From the NCBI RefSeq assembly GCF_009914755.1, contig NC_060925.1: a stretch of DNA of 64,000 bases, one strand, 5' to 3'. The notes beneath the pieces were generated by a model. That model did no database searches, was not told where the DNA came from, and was given only the letters and a program-made list of their open reading frames with translations. Made by a program: the position numbers and the translations under genes. Source of the stretch: the human T2T-CHM13v2.0 reference genome, Homo sapiens. Shown piece after piece: positions 14,051 to 28,249 of this stretch (position 1 is its first letter; the number at the start of each line of letters is the position of its first letter).

Positions 14051-14149
14051 AAAAACTTACCTTTAACATTGATTTTCTCTTTTATTTGCATTTCTAGCTA
14101 GATTATAGAAAGAGCACATTTCAAACTTCAAATAACATGAATGAAAGCC

Positions 14150-15340
14150 AGAGATGACTACTACTCCTTGTGAAGATTTTTGGAATACCCTTTTAACTAT
14201 CTTCTTACTTCCATTCCTTGTCCTTCTGCAGTTTATTCTCCACCCAGCAGCCAAAAAGATCCTTTTAATCACGAATATGATTATGTAATTTCTCTGCTGA
14301 AAGGCTCTGAATGCTTCCCTGTCTCCCATGAAGAAAAAACTTAACTATACTATTGGTGGAAATAGTGCAGCCATTATGGAAAACAATATGGAGGTTCTTC
14401 AATGAAATAGAACTACCAGGTGATACAGCAATTCTACTTCTGGGTATTTATCCAAAAGAACTGAAATTAGGATCTTGAAAAGATATTAGCACTCCCATGT
14501 TCATTGTGGAACCATTCACAATAGCCATGATGTGGAAATGGCTTAAATGTACATCAATAGATGAATGGATTTTTAAAAATGTGGTATAGATGTACAACAA
14601 AATATTACTCAGACTTCAAAAGGAGGAAATTCTGTGATATGAGCCAACATGGATGGACCTTGAAGACATTATGCTAGGTGAAATAAGCCAGTTACAGAAG
14701 GCCAAATACCATATGTTTCCATTTATGTGAGATATTTAAAATAGTCAATTGATAGAAGCAGAGTGGGGGCTGAGGGGAGGGGGGAAACAGGAAATTGTTA
14801 ATAAGTGGGTATATAATTTCAGTTACGCAAGGTAAATAAGTTCTAAGGATTTTCTATAAAATATTGTGCTGATAGTTAACTATACTGTATTATACACTTA
14901 AAAATCTGTTTAAGGAGGTAGACTGCATGTTAAGCGTTCTTGCCACAATAAAATTTTTAAATTACTTTATTTATTTATAATAAAATCTTTGTGATTGCCT
15001 CTAAGGCTATTGCTACACACAGTCACGCTCTTATCTCAGGGCCTTGGCAAGCCATTTTCTCTCTGCCTAGATGTTCTACCCCAATATTCTGGTGGTTTCC
15101 TATTTCCTCACCTTCAGATTTTGCTCAAATACTATTATCCCAATGAAGCCTACTTTCAGTATCCATTTATGATTGTAACTCAGCCTCTTATAATCCTTAT
15201 GCCCTGGCATTCCTCATATCTCAGCAAAACACAATTTTTGATTGTTTTTTTCATATAACATCATCATAATCCATATCACCTCTAATATACTATATAGTTT
15301 TATTTATTTCATGTTTTTTACTGTCTACCTTCTTCTGTGG
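14150..15340 (+). mobile_element. L2 fragment interrupted by an L1 3' end
   Basis: ttctccacccagcagcca...gatccttttaa before the L1 and ctctgcctagatgttct after it. Confidence 0.6.
14342..14960 (+). mobile_element. L1MA/L1MB 3' end
   Basis: ORF2 end (cagcaattctacttctgggtatttatccaaaagaactgaa) and 3'UTR ending ggtagactgcatgttaagcgttcttgccacaataaaa. Confidence 0.9.
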
Positions 15341-16874
15341 GTCTAGGTCAAAGCAAGAAACTTTAAGGTCATGATGGAGTAGGGTAAATATTAGAAGTAA
15401 CAGCTAGTCTTGCTCCATGACATATTTTCTGAACAAGAATGCAGAATGGCATAGATTTGCTTAACAAAAGTTTATAATCACTTCCAAAATAGTGAACATT
15501 CATGTTCTTAGAAAAAGGTACCTATAGCATCCCTGATTATATGATTCTTAAAGGCTGGAGCATGCCTTACCTTTTTCTGTATTCAGAGTCTATTTGAACA
15601 TACTAGTACTATTAAATTAATATATAAAATGGACAAATAAATGTTCGACAGGTCCTTAAAAGCTAGAGAAACACTTATTATATTTCCATCCTTAAAGTCT
15701 ATGCTCTGTGAGAGTACTCATAATGTATACACACACGTTACATAGTAATGTAGATGGAAAAGATACACACATACGGACACTAAGGTAAATGAATTAATTC
15801 AATGTTTGTATGCTGCTATAAAGATATTTTTATTCATATAGCTAAATGTGAGCACTTATGAAACTGAAGTAACCATTCTAAATCCAAAAATAGCATGCTT
15901 AGCATAATAACCAGCTCTGACACTTTTGCAATGAGATTAAATCATTGTCAGAAAAAGATAATGGACACAGCATGGTTCTACAACATCTTTGCCAAATAAA
16001 CTGGATACAATCCAACTAACTGATGAAATAATACTGCCTCGGAAATGACAGAAACCTTCCAGCAGGCACAAGTCAGACCATTGGTTAATCACAGCCACTT
16101 AGAGGATCAAGACCCTGGCCCTGAATGCAATTACCCAAAATCTGAAAATTGTGCTAATCATTAACATCAATTATTCTTTTCGAAGGACCTCAGGTTTTAC
16201 TTTAGTTCATTTAAAGATTACCAGAAATCAGAGATTATCTCTATTTTTATATTAATATATACCCCTTCTCCAAAGAAAGGAGCTGATACTGTTATTATCT
16301 AAACAAACCTGGTTTTCAGGTTTCACTAATATTTTTCCACTCATTAAACTGTATGTCTTAGCTTATATGTTCTAATTGTCAAAAACTGTTCAATATCAAA
16401 TAATAACTGCAAGAATATGACTCAATATGATGGTCACTAAATTTGGGCATTTTGTATGTTTGTTAATTTTAAGGACTATATCCAGTAGAATGCTGAGGTA
16501 TATACGATTAACATTCAGAAGCCTCTGAGTCCTAGTATCAATTATATGTGTTCTGTGTCACAACGAGCAAGTGTTTGAACCCAGTCTATGTCATGATGAT
16601 GAAAAACACTAGTTTTCAAAATAGCCCATGTGGAATTTGTGCTGTCTTAAAGGGAAATTTGGTTTGGTATAGAGAACCTGATTATCTGTATTGTTTGAAA
16701 TGGACAGAAATACAGAAATCCAAAGACTGTCTATTTTGTAGGCAAATCTGATTCTTGCAGCAAAACAAAAGGTGACTACATATAATCCTGAAAGTGTGTG
16801 AAAATCTTTTATCAGTTTAAAATGTTGTGAAATGTGAATGATGACAAAAAAGTATTTTTGTATAAGCTTAACCC

Positions 16875-18950
16875 TAATCCAAGCACCAGCCTGAATCCTA
16901 ATCACAACCGGCCAGCCCTGATGGAACGAGTTCCACTGTGGATCCCAGTGTGGATCCTAAGAACTCAGGACCAGACCCATCTTTATGGACCCAGATGCCA
17001 TGTCTCCAGTCCTGCCCCTGCAGACTCAGTCTCCAGGATTTCTCATGTGGACCTTGTTGCTAGACCCGTCCCTGTGGACTCTCTTGTCAGGCAGGCCCCC
17101 ATGGACCCAGGATCTAAACTTTTACCTGTAGACCTGTGATGCATGCCTGTACATATAAACCCAGGCTCCAGGCTTACCCAAGAAACACTGGCATCAGGTC
17201 AGTCCACCCGAGAAGTTCAGCAGCAAGCCCATCCATGGACCCCACCAGATGGCCTTCCCAGAATGTCTAGATGGGTTGAGGGGGGAAGGGCTTTTCCTGC
17301 TGAAACCAGTCTATAAAGATGTAAGATATATCTGCTGCATCAAAAGTGTAGATACCAATGCAACAATACAAGCATAAGGAGTAATTAGGAAAACATGTTA
17401 CCACAAAAGGAACAAAATGAAGCATCAGTAACCAAACCTAAAGAAATAGAAATCTACAATTTGCCTGAGAAAGAATTCAAGATAATTGTTTTAAGGAAAT
17501 ATTAGTGAGCTAAAAACAAACAAAAACAGACAATCGGAAAACAATACATAAGCCAAATGAGAAGTTTCATATAAAACTAGAAACCGTAAAAAAGAATAAA
17601 ACAGAAATTCTGGAGCCAAAGAACACAATAGCTGAACTGAAAAATTCAATAGAACTTCAATAACAGATTTGATCAAGTAGAAAAAAAAAATCAGTGAGCT
17701 CAAAGACAGGTTATTTGAAATTATCCAGTTAGAGTAACAACAATAACAACAAAAATGGGAAAAATTTAAAGAAGCCTATGGAATATATGGGATATAATCA
17801 AGAGGACCAATGTTTGCATTATGACATTTTAAGAAGAAGCAGAGAAAAAAGGGGAAGGATGTTTATTAAAAGAAACAATGACAGAAAACTTTCCAAATCT
17901 GAAACAGGAAATGAACATCCAGATTTAAAAAGCACAAAAAGCCCAACATAGGCTAAATATAAATGAATCTTTATCATTATAATCAGATTCTCAAAAGTCA
18001 AAGACAAAGAGATAATTTTGAAAACAAAAAAAGAAAAGTGACTCATTACGTACAAGGTACCCCTAATGGCTGTCGGCAGATTTTCAACAAAAAACTTTGC
18101 AGAACCAGAGAAAAAGTGGAATAATATCTCCAAAGAAAAAAAAAACTCTCAACAAAAATACTAAAAATGGAAAATATACACTCTAGAAATGAAGAAGAGA
18201 TAAAGACATTTCCAGACAACATAGATGAACCGGGAAAACATTATTCTAAATGAAATAAGGCAGGTACCAAAAGAAATATACATCAAGATTTTACTTAAAT
18301 GTGGAATCTAAAAATGTTGAATATATAGAGAGAAAGTATAACTTTGGTTATCAAAGCAGGGAGGTCGGGAAAATGGGGAGATGTTGGTCAAAAGGTACAA
18401 AGTTGAAGTTACGTAGGATAAATAAGTCTAAAAATGTAATAAACAAGATGATTATAGTTAATACTGTATTATATTCTGGAAATTTACCAAGAGAGTAGAT
18501 TTCATGTGCTTGCATCACACATAAAAGGTAATTATGTGAGGAGACTGATATGTTAATTTGCTTGACTGTAGTAATTATTTTACTATGTATATGTATTTCA
18601 AAACATTATGTACACCTTAAATATATAGAATTAAAAAAAAAAACTTTCTCAGACAAACTAAACTGTGGCAGTCCATCTGCACTAGATCTCCCTTAAAGAC
18701 ATACTTAGGGAAGTTCAACTTGAAATGAAAGGATGTGAACTAATAACATAAAACCATATGAAGATATAAAATTCATTTGTAAGAGTAAGAATACAGTCAT
18801 CTTCAGAGTACTCGTATACTATAATGATAATACAAAGCACTTTTAACTCTAACATAAAAGGCAAATGTGTTAAACAATCACTGTAGCTACAAAAATTTGT
18901 TGCTAAATACACAATATATAAATGTTGAAATATGTTACAGCAATATAATT
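16875..18950 (+). mobile_element. L1M 5'UTR repeat region plus degraded ORF1
   Basis: C-rich ccaggc/ggaccc tandem-like 5' region, then ORF1 motifs (ttgcctgagaaagaattcaagataat, agaaaactttccaaatctg). Confidence 0.85.
18219..18643 (+). mobile_element. 5'-truncated L1MA (MA8-like) 3' end inserted into the older L1 ORF1
   Basis: 3'UTR with A tail. Approximate TSD acatttccagacaa (18206-18219) / actttctcagacaa (18643-18656). Confidence 0.85.
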
Positions 18951-19039
18951 TTTTAAAATGTCTTCAGTTTTATATTCATCACTAGCGATAATCTTTTAAT
19001 CTTCTTTCATACTTCTCAAACAATATTTAGAATTTCACC

Positions 19040-20000
19040 ATTTCCAATTCATCTTCTACTGCAGTCAGACTTTCACCTGTAGCTTTCCATAGAGGTAGGC
19101 AAAAGTTCCCTACTACCTCCTAATCACCATGCATAATGGTCTCCTTTCAATTCTGAAAATATTTAACTTTTCTATAGCATTTTGCACTGTTGGTCATATT
19201 CTTCCTTTTGAAATTCTATCTTCTCTTGAATTGTATGGCACAAATCTTTTTCTCCTTAATTTAGGATGATTTTATCCTACTCCCCTTTCCTAGGTTCTCT
19301 TTAGACATCATCCATTGCATTTTGGTGTTCTCAGTTTATATTGTTTATATTCATTTCCTCTCTGTGCATTCTCAATTTTTCCTAGGACTTCAATTCCTAT
19401 TATAAAATATTTTGATGATTTTCAATTATACTCGTCATTCTGTTGAGTGCAAGGTATTTATCAGTTTGCCCGCTGAAGAACTATACAAAAATACTGCACA
19501 GATAATTAAATTCAGATGTCCAGAAACAGTTACTTCCCCTCAAATATGTTTCTCAACTTCTATACCTTATTTATTATGATCAAAAAAGTACTATCACCTA
19601 GGTACATAACTCAGAAAAAAATTTTTTGCTTTTAATTTCTGTGTTTATTTGCTCTCTGTGTTATGTTTTATCATTACTATCCTATCCCATTTCACTCCTT
19701 GTGTATATTCAACCAGGCCCTAACTTCTGCCATTTCCACCTCCTTTGGATCCTCCTCTCAAATTTCAGTCTTCATTTTGTATTTCAATGCACTTCTTATC
19801 TTCACTTTTTATAACTGCAATTATTTTTCCTCAAATATTCTCTTTGCTTCTGTTATTGATTCCCTTCAATTCACTGTTGACAAACTTATCTAGAGATACT
19901 GTCTCTAGAATAAAAATCTGATTTTGTGATACTACTAATTAAAGCTTTTTAATTTCTCTCTGACATTCGGATAATGTGCAAATTCTTTATTAGGTAAACT
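19040..20000 (+). mobile_element. L2 ORF2/3' fragment
   Basis: Pyrimidine-rich L2 motifs (tagcattttgcactgttggtcat, aataaaaatctgattttgtgatactactaattaaagc). Confidence 0.65.
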
Positions 20001-20476
20001 TCAGTTCACTTCCTTTAATGTATAGTTTACATACATATACACACACATACATAAAATACATAATATTAGATATGTTAAGAGAGGGTTTAAGAACAAGTTG
20101 GCAGAAGAAAATCACTGAAGAGATAGGATAAAATGTTTAAACATGTTACCAGTTCTAGTTTTCTCTTAGAGATTAAGTATAATAAAAGCTGGAAGTCATA
20201 TTTACGAGTTGATATCAGGAAGTCATTGTTGGCTCCATGGAATGTGGTGGTGATCAAAACCAGTAGAAGTGTCCTTCAAGAACATAAAGCTAATAGGAAA
20301 GAGGAAAAAAAAAACAACCAAATAAGTCTTTATTTACATGCTGAGAAGTAAAGTAATGGAATGCTGTTGTAGAGGATAAGAGTAGACGTTTTCTACCTTT
20401 GGTAATCAAGGGAGGATTCATAAAGGTAGTGACATTTAGATTCTGAAAGTTATCAGTATTGAAAAGGAGTTACTAA

Positions 20477-20864
20477 TGTTTAAACCCTAACAAAATGGAG
20501 CAAAGAGGTCATAAAAGAATGATCCTCATAAATGCATGCCTATGGTAGGAACTATGCAAAGAATTCCTCAAACTACAGTATTGCAGATAGGCTGCTTGCG
20601 CAAGAACAATTGCCTGACATGACTGTCTGCACCAATGCACTAACACCAACTACTGCAATAAGCTTCTGTAACCAATGGTCTTTGTTTCAGAACAGCTTAT
20701 GTGGACTTCTTTTTGTTGTTAAAAGTTTTCTCTTGCCTCAAGCCCCTTGGATGCATCTATGGTCTGCCATAACACATGTATCCTCGATTAGAATTCCCTA
20801 TTACTCCTGAATAAACTATTTGCTTTGGACAGTGGGTCTCTCTGTCACTTATTTTAGGTTGACA
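20477..20864 (+). mobile_element. 5' LTR of a MER4/MER34-group ERV1 provirus
   Basis: TG start, AATAAA at ~20810 and end ttttaggttgaca, immediately followed by a PBS-like sequence. Confidence 0.75.
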
Positions 20865-20878
20865 TAATCTGGTATCAG

Positions 20879-21349
20879 TGTAAGGTCAGCCAAGAGAAAG
20901 GAAAAATAGACCCAAAGTTAGGCAAGTAAGTTTTTATTAACTTGCCATCTGCCCCCTTAACAGTCAGAGAGGAAGCAGAACCAAGCTTACAGAATGAGGA
21001 ATTTATATTGGGGAGGGGAGTCTGAGGGAGTTCTTTGATATGGCTGCATCCCTGGGTTGTTTGCTGGTTAATTTTGCCACATATTTATTACAGGAGAGTG
21101 TAGGTAAAGTTTGTTTATGCTTCCCACGACCTCCCCCTGTGCGGTATGGATGGTTTGTAATTGGGGTTTGCTTATCACAGCAAGGTCTGATAAGCGAAGA
21201 CTGCTGGATTCACCGTGGTGCCTAGATAAGGGCTTAGAAATACAAAGAGGCTTAGGGGAAGGGTGGGCAGCACGGAGAAGCGTTGCAGAGCACTAGGGGG
21301 AGGGGTGAGCAGCATCTAGAAGCTTTCTTGGGGCAGTTTGTCCCTAACA
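20879..21349 (-). mobile_element. Solo ERVL-class LTR, LTR32-like
   Basis: TG...CA termini and 5-bp TSD atcag/ttcag. The minus strand reads tgttagggacaaactgcccc...ggctgaccttaca, as I recall for LTR32. Confidence 0.75.
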
Positions 21350-22172
21350 TTCAGATGTGGGAATCAAAGAAGACAAGCATCCCCTGGAACGATGTGTGGT
21401 ACCCACTTGAGGCCATTGTGCTCTCTGCTTCCCTGCATTGTATTTCTGCTGGATGTAAGTTCCTTTCATAAGGGAAATGATCAGATCCTGGTGCCTGGAG
21501 GAGAATTCAAATAGCAGAGTTGGGATGTGGCGCCCCCAAGCCCTTTTGCAGGCTCTCTAAGGCTGAGATCCTGGCTCAATACACTGTAGGAAAATAACCT
21601 CTTTTCTCCACCCCGGGTATATAATGCCCAGGCTCTCTTTTAAGTTGAGTTCTCTCCTTTTGGTTGAGCCCTCCAACTTCATATGTTTTGTAAAGGCTTA
21701 AAGGATATTGTCCTTCTGATGGTACACTTTTGGTTTTATTTTTTATCTGGTCTGGGTACCTTGTTTAAAAATTTGTTGAGTTGGGTTTTTTCCTTGTTTC
21801 TAAAAAACTTCTGAGGGTAACCATCTAATGGTGGACATTGGTTGACCAATAAGAGTTACTAGGGTGATTGCTACCAGTTCATGAGCACTTTGGTCTCCAA
21901 AGATCAAGACTCCTGTGAGAAGTTAAATTGGTAATGGATAGGCAAGATTACCACTATAGCCCCTGTCAGTCTAAAGAAAATTTTCATAGAACAGGGAAAC
22001 CTTGGTCACAGGTCAGTTAACTAAAGTTAAAGCCATCTTCCAAGTGAAAGATATATCCCATGCATGGCACATCGTAAAAGCAAAATACTTTACCTACAAT
22101 TCCTAATTTTCTTACAAGATTATAGAATTTCCTTTTTGCCCTCAAAGAATTTATAAGATACATAATGTGATA

Positions 22173-22605
22173 GTCTTAGTCAATTTCTGTTGCTACAAAG
22201 GAATATCTGAGGCTGGGTCATTTATTAAGAAAAGGACTTTTTTTTTTGACTCATGATTCTGCAGGATATACAGGAAGCATGGTGCTAGCATCTGCTTATG
22301 GTGAGGGACTTGGATTGCTTTCACTCATGGTAGATATTGTGAAGGGGAGCTAGTATGTACATATCACATGATGAGGGGAAGGCAGGAGAGAGAGAAGAGA
22401 GAGAAGTGCCGTGCTCTTTTCAACAACCAGTTCCCATGAGAGTTGGATGAGAACTCACTCACTCTTGCAAGAGAGAATGACACCAGGCTATTTGTGAGGG
22501 TTCTTCTCCCATAACCCAAACACCTCCTACTAAGCCCCACCTCCAACATTCGTAATCAAATTTTAACATGAGATTTGGAAGCATCAAATGTCCAAACAAC
22601 AGAAA
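22173..22605 (-). mobile_element. MSTB-like MaLR LTR
   Basis: gtcttagtc...ggaatatctgaggctggg...aacacctcctactaagccccacctccaaca...catgagatttgg. Confidence 0.85.
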
Positions 22606-22711
22606 GGATCATCAAATTCTAAGGCATGCAAAGATAATTGCCCCACAGGAACTCTAGACCTCAATATGTTCAAACATTATGATCCATCCTCACCTACGTG
22701 TTTGAAACTGA

Positions 22712-22870
22712 TGGACGAATTACACCAAGGATAACTTAGAATTACAATGGCCAGTATCTGAAACTTTCCAAATGAACAAGACTAGTCTAAGAAGTACACT
22801 TGAATCCCAAGCTTCATGTATTAAGGAGAGAAAATGAGATTCTTATTTTAATTGGCACTCAGAAGGCTCA
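22712..22870 (+). pseudogene. ERV gag (matrix-like) remnant
   Basis: Manual translation WTNYTKDNLELQWPVSETFQMNK...K*DSYFNWHSEGS, with an in-frame stop. Confidence 0.6.
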
Positions 22871-24383
22871 GAGAAAACAAGGTTCTAATATAAATATTTG
22901 AAAGATTTATTGTGAAAAGCAAATGACTCTTTCGTTTGGAGTATACATTCACTAGTAATTTTTTTTTCTTTCATGGGTAGCAGTTGCTTTTCTGTTTGTT
23001 TCATTTTTTATTTGTTGTACTGAGAACTTGATTTAAATTTTTGCTTGTCAGGGGCATGCAAGTTATTGAGCATGCATATGCAGGGAGCCAACCAATCATT
23101 TGAAAGCCCTTAGGAACATGCGCAGACAGAAATGTGGGTTGCACCCCACTCATGTCTAGTGTATTGACTGTTGCCAATTCTCAGGTGTTGTCTAAGCCTT
23201 TCTTTCTTTGAATGACTTTGAGAGTGGCTTTGTATCATGGAAGGACTCCATATTTTTGCTCTCTCTTTGAAGTGTCTCATGAATCTATGGTTAAAGTCAA
23301 AAAAATACTTATTAGATTTGGCCTTGGATTACTTGTTAGGCATACCTTTTGTTCAGAACTTTGATCTATATTCAGCATATTCATGATTGAGTCCAGGTAT
23401 AGAGAATGCTTTTTTTGTTTGTTTGTTTGTTTGTTTGTTTACTGTATTTGTTAATTAGCTCCTCCTTGGAATCAATAATCAAATTAAAAAACAAGCTAAG
23501 TTGAAAAGATTGCCTATCAATCTAAATTGGTCTTCAAAGTATAGCTTTCTTGGGATTTTGGAGGGCTATTTTGAAACTCTTTAGAAAATAAATATATAAG
23601 ACAATCTTCATTTGTAAGGCCATCTCCTTCTTCTTACCTAAATCACTGGAGACTTTTCTAATGGAAAAAGGCATTGGCTTAAATCCAGATATTAGGCCTC
23701 ATCTTCGATTATTTTATCTGAACTGGACTTCCTATTTATGTCCTTCTTTGTCTCACAAATAATGGTGTTTACAGCTAAGTTCTGGGCCTTTGAGATGTAA
23801 CTTTTTTACCTTATTTCATCGAACAGTTATCCCCTTGCAAGTGCAAATTTAGGGTAGCCTGGCTAGCAATTGCTCAGTATAATAAAACATAGCCAAAAAG
23901 TGATAGTCTGAATGTAATTATATATATCTAAATGTATATATGTCTGCATATGATATATATATGCTAATATACAATGTTAAAATGTTCTGTCAGAGAAATA
24001 GGAAACTAACTCAAATACATTTTGGTCCCTGTGATTTGAGACAATACTTGATAAATAAAACTAGTCTTAAAATTGCTAGTAAAAAAAAATTCCTGTAAAA
24101 TAAAAACAGGAATGTCTTCAGAATTAGCATTACTTATAATAAAAGCAGATATTTTTACCTAGATTTACTAGTCAAACAAGTTTGTTATCTCCTAGATATA
24201 CAAGGCCATAAAGCTATAAATCTAACCACAGCAGAATATACAGTGAAAATCAATTATTTTTTTTGCTTCTGTAATATCTTAAACTCTTGTCTGATTTGTT
24301 GAAAACTAACTTAAGATAATGACTAACTCTGTTTCTCCTAAGAAATTCAAACATAATTGTTAAGAACAAGTAAATTATGTTAA

Positions 24384-24753
<370 letters not shown>

Positions 24754-25456
24754 GTAACTTGAAATCTTAAAGTCATGTTTAATTAAATAATAAATAAGTA
24801 GGAAATTTCTGAGTCATTTGTAAGTAACATTAATTGCTGAACGTAGGTTTTCAATGTATATAATTTGGCATCTTATTATTATATGATATAGAAAAGCTAA
24901 ATATATTTGGATCTGTAAGCATAAAAATTGTTTTATGGAAATATGCTTTTAAAAAATATGAAACATATATTCACAAAATGTTGATATAACAGTTTGAAAT
25001 TGCCTACTTCCCTGATTTTCACTAAAAATTATGGTTGCTGACAGTTTAAAAATTCCAATCAATATATGATAATTGGAACTAGAAATAAAAATGGATATAA
25101 GAAAAGTAAGACTTGCTTTTGGTAAGTAAATCTAAGAGGTATGAAGAATGCATTTTGACTAAGGAAAAAAGAAATTTTTTCCCTGAAGTAAAATGACTGA
25201 CTGCTAAAATTTAATAAAAAGAGAAAAAAGTATACGACAAATAATTTTAAAAATATACTGTCAAAGGTTTGTAGAAGATGAATCTTATGAAAATAACTTT
25301 ATCTGAAGAAAGCTGGTTAGAATTAGAAGAAAATTATGTTTTTTCTAAAAATTTGACATTTAATTAAAAATACACTAATGCAAGACTAGAATTGAATCTT
25401 CTCTGTTAAAACAGCAAGGTTTCCTTGGAGTATTGATATTCCCTTATTAGGAAATA

Positions 25457-25815
25457 CAGATACTCTTCAACTTATGATGAGGACACATACCAACAATTCC
25501 ATCATAAGTTAAAATTATTGTAAGTCAAAAATGTATTTAATGCAGATAACCTACCAAATACCATAGCTTAGCCAGGCCTATCTTATGCATACTCAGAACA
25601 CTTACATTAGCTTACAGTTGGGCAAAATTTGGCAACACAGTACACTGTAGAGTATGTACACTGATCATGTGGCTGACTAGTAGCTATGGCTCCCTGACAA
25701 TGCTTGACATAATGAGATGGTATCATAATGCTGTCTACTGCATGCATATCACTTTTGCAGCATCATAAAGTCAAACGAATTGTATGTCAAACCATCATGA
25801 TTTGGGCACTGCCTA
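25457..25815 (+). mobile_element. MER47B-like (Tigger family) DNA transposon relic
   Basis: TA-flanked; cagatactcttcaacttatgatg...gaacacttacattagcttacagttgggcaaaa...aaaccatcatgatttgggcactgcct. Confidence 0.85.
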
Positions 25816-26578
25816 TAGCAAAAGATTTTCTTTTACCTTTACCTTCCTAGTGTTATACTTTCAGGTAATTGGCCTAGGAAACAAAGATTCTGTGTTCTTT
25901 AAATATTATTTCTTTTGCTTCATGCTTTGTTTTATGAGGTCTTTGCTTGCATAAGAAAAGTGAGTCTCCTCTAAATTAAAAGATTTATGGTTTTTCTACA
26001 ACTATGTAACATTTCTATATTTGTATTTAAAATCTTTGTCATTTTGGAATTATTTTAAAGTGATTTCTGACCTATTTAATCAAGTGTTTTAAATCTTTTG
26101 ACATTTTTAACAAACTTCACAAAATCAAATTTTGAATTAAGTCTTTTTGACCCCAAATTAACTTTGGGAAATTTCATGAAAGCCCCTGAAAATCCACAGA
26201 GACATATTAAACCAATTAGGCTTATTTGAAATGTTAAATTACATGGAAAGCATAGTCAAAATAAGAAATGATGTTTAACCTTCTTTGAGTTATATTGCAT
26301 AGATATGTTAATATGTCTTCAAAAAATTATATGCAATTCCAAGAAATCTGATATATTTTCAGTCACAATTTATTATTATTACATGTTATATCAAGTTGTT
26401 GTATATCATAGAAATAACCAAATTGCTTGTTAACTGCATCGTTATTATAATAAATTCTCTTCAGATTTTGACCATAGCCATTCTAAGTCTTTGTCATCTA
26501 CAGAGCTATTGTCTTAATACTTCTCTAAAAGCACTTGCAATCAGTTGCAGTCTAAAAATGCATTTTCTTCAAAGATAG

Positions 26579-26710
26579 TTTGCCTATTGGAAAAGACAAT
26601 TGCAAAAAGATTCCCTCTAATCTTTCTGGAAGCACCCATCACAGGTCTTGTTTACCAATCCTGGTATCACCAACCTTAGAGGGATTGATTCCTGGATGCA
26701 TGTATTTCCA
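26579..26710 (+). pseudogene. ERV integrase C-terminal (GPY/F region) remnant
   Basis: Manual translation FAYWKRQLQKDSL*SFWKHPSQVLFTNPGITNLRGIDSWMHVF resembles the class I W-K-G-P-Y-x-V-L-L-T...G-I-D-S-W-I-H motif. Confidence 0.75.
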
Positions 26711-26812
26711 CCACTAACACCTTACTAGAACAACACTCTTGTCTATGAATTAATACTAAAAAAATTCCAGGAATTGAATTAGACAACATCTGTGCTAGAC
26801 TGCTTCCTCAAG

Positions 26813-28060
26813 ATGACTGGACAAGTCCTGTACATTTTTTCCTCACTTTTAGTATTTTACTTTGCTCTCCTTCTCTTCTTCTTGGAAAAGCAATTTCTTT
26901 ATCCTCATTTCCAAGTCCACTGCCAAAGGAGGAAACCGTACTAATTATTGGAACAGTCATCATAAACCCTGATCTGTCTGTGATGCTGTCGCCCCTTTGC
27001 TTAATGCTATAATGAGCCTCACTGGTTTTTCAACACCAAATAACTGGTCCAATTGCATACTGGAACTTTTTTATAGAATTACACTTTCCTATTACCGTTC
27101 AGTTCTTATATTTTGTTTAACTTGTTTAAACCAGTGGCCTTCTAGTTGGGCCTCTGAGATCTGCAAAAGAGCAAAATTTACAAACCACTTCCTAGAAATC
27201 CCTAATTTTACAAACAAGATTATTGAAGTATTTTTTTTTAAAAAAGGATTATTAACTGTATGCAATATCAAAACAGATCCATGGCTTAAGTCAACTGTTT
27301 GTAGAAACATTACTTCAAAAGAATCGTATGCAACCCTCTTGGATTTATTTATATTTCTGAATGGGGAAACTCAATTTGCTTAGATTCATGGATAAGGGGA
27401 GGCCAATGTGGACTAGAATATTTGATCACTTTGTTGTCAGTACATAATAGATCCAAAACAGATCACTGGGGTAAACATTGGACTAGCCCCCTTTCAGCAC
27501 ATCAAAGGGCCATGCTCCAGCTCCCTGGCAGAGCTTGGGACTCTGGATTTGTTTCCTTTGTTAGAGCTTTTGCATCATAGTTTGGTGTTGCTGCAAATAA
27601 AGGGATGATTATAAATCTACTTGTTACTCTAAGAATTTTTATAGACGCCACTGCAAAGCCTAGCTCCACACAGCATCACTTATTTAATTCTAATTTTAGA
27701 TAATAGAATAACTCCTGATTATTTATTGGCTGAATAAGGTAAAGTCTATGCTATTGCTAATATCATTCTGAACCTAGACAAACTTTCTGGGAAGTTGAGA
27801 CCCAGTTATACAAAATAAGAGAACAAGCCATATGACTACAACAGCTCTTGCCCAGTGCCCCATGGTCATTTGATTCATTTAGTTGGTAGCTTTTTCCTAG
27901 GTTCCTGGCTCAAAAACATTATGCAAACTGGGGTTATAATATTACTATTAATTTTGCTGTTACCATTTTGAAGCGTTGTACTTGTGGCGTAGCAAATTTC
28001 TGCAAAACTACCACTTCTGAGAACTCTGATAGACAAAACTACCAATGGTGAGCTAGAATT
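26813..28060 (+). pseudogene. ERV env remnant (gamma-type SU and TM)
   Basis: SWKSNFFILISKSTAKGGNRTNYWNSHHKP (decayed CWxC region, 26880-26970). LDNRITPDYLLAE*GKVYAIAN (immunosuppressive-domain-like, from 27696). Later IMQTGVIILLLILL membrane anchor. Confidence 0.75.
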
Positions 28061-28249
28061 AAAAAACAAAGAAACAAAAAAACTCTGGAAAGAAACTTGC
28101 TTTTCTTTGCCATGTTTCTGGTTAGAGCAAAAAGGGGAATACATGTCTTTTCTGAGAACTATTCATTGCAAATGTTCATATGGACTGGGATAGATTTCTC
28201 ACTATTTATCTCCAATTGATGATTTAGTTTAAAACCTACATATCATTAG

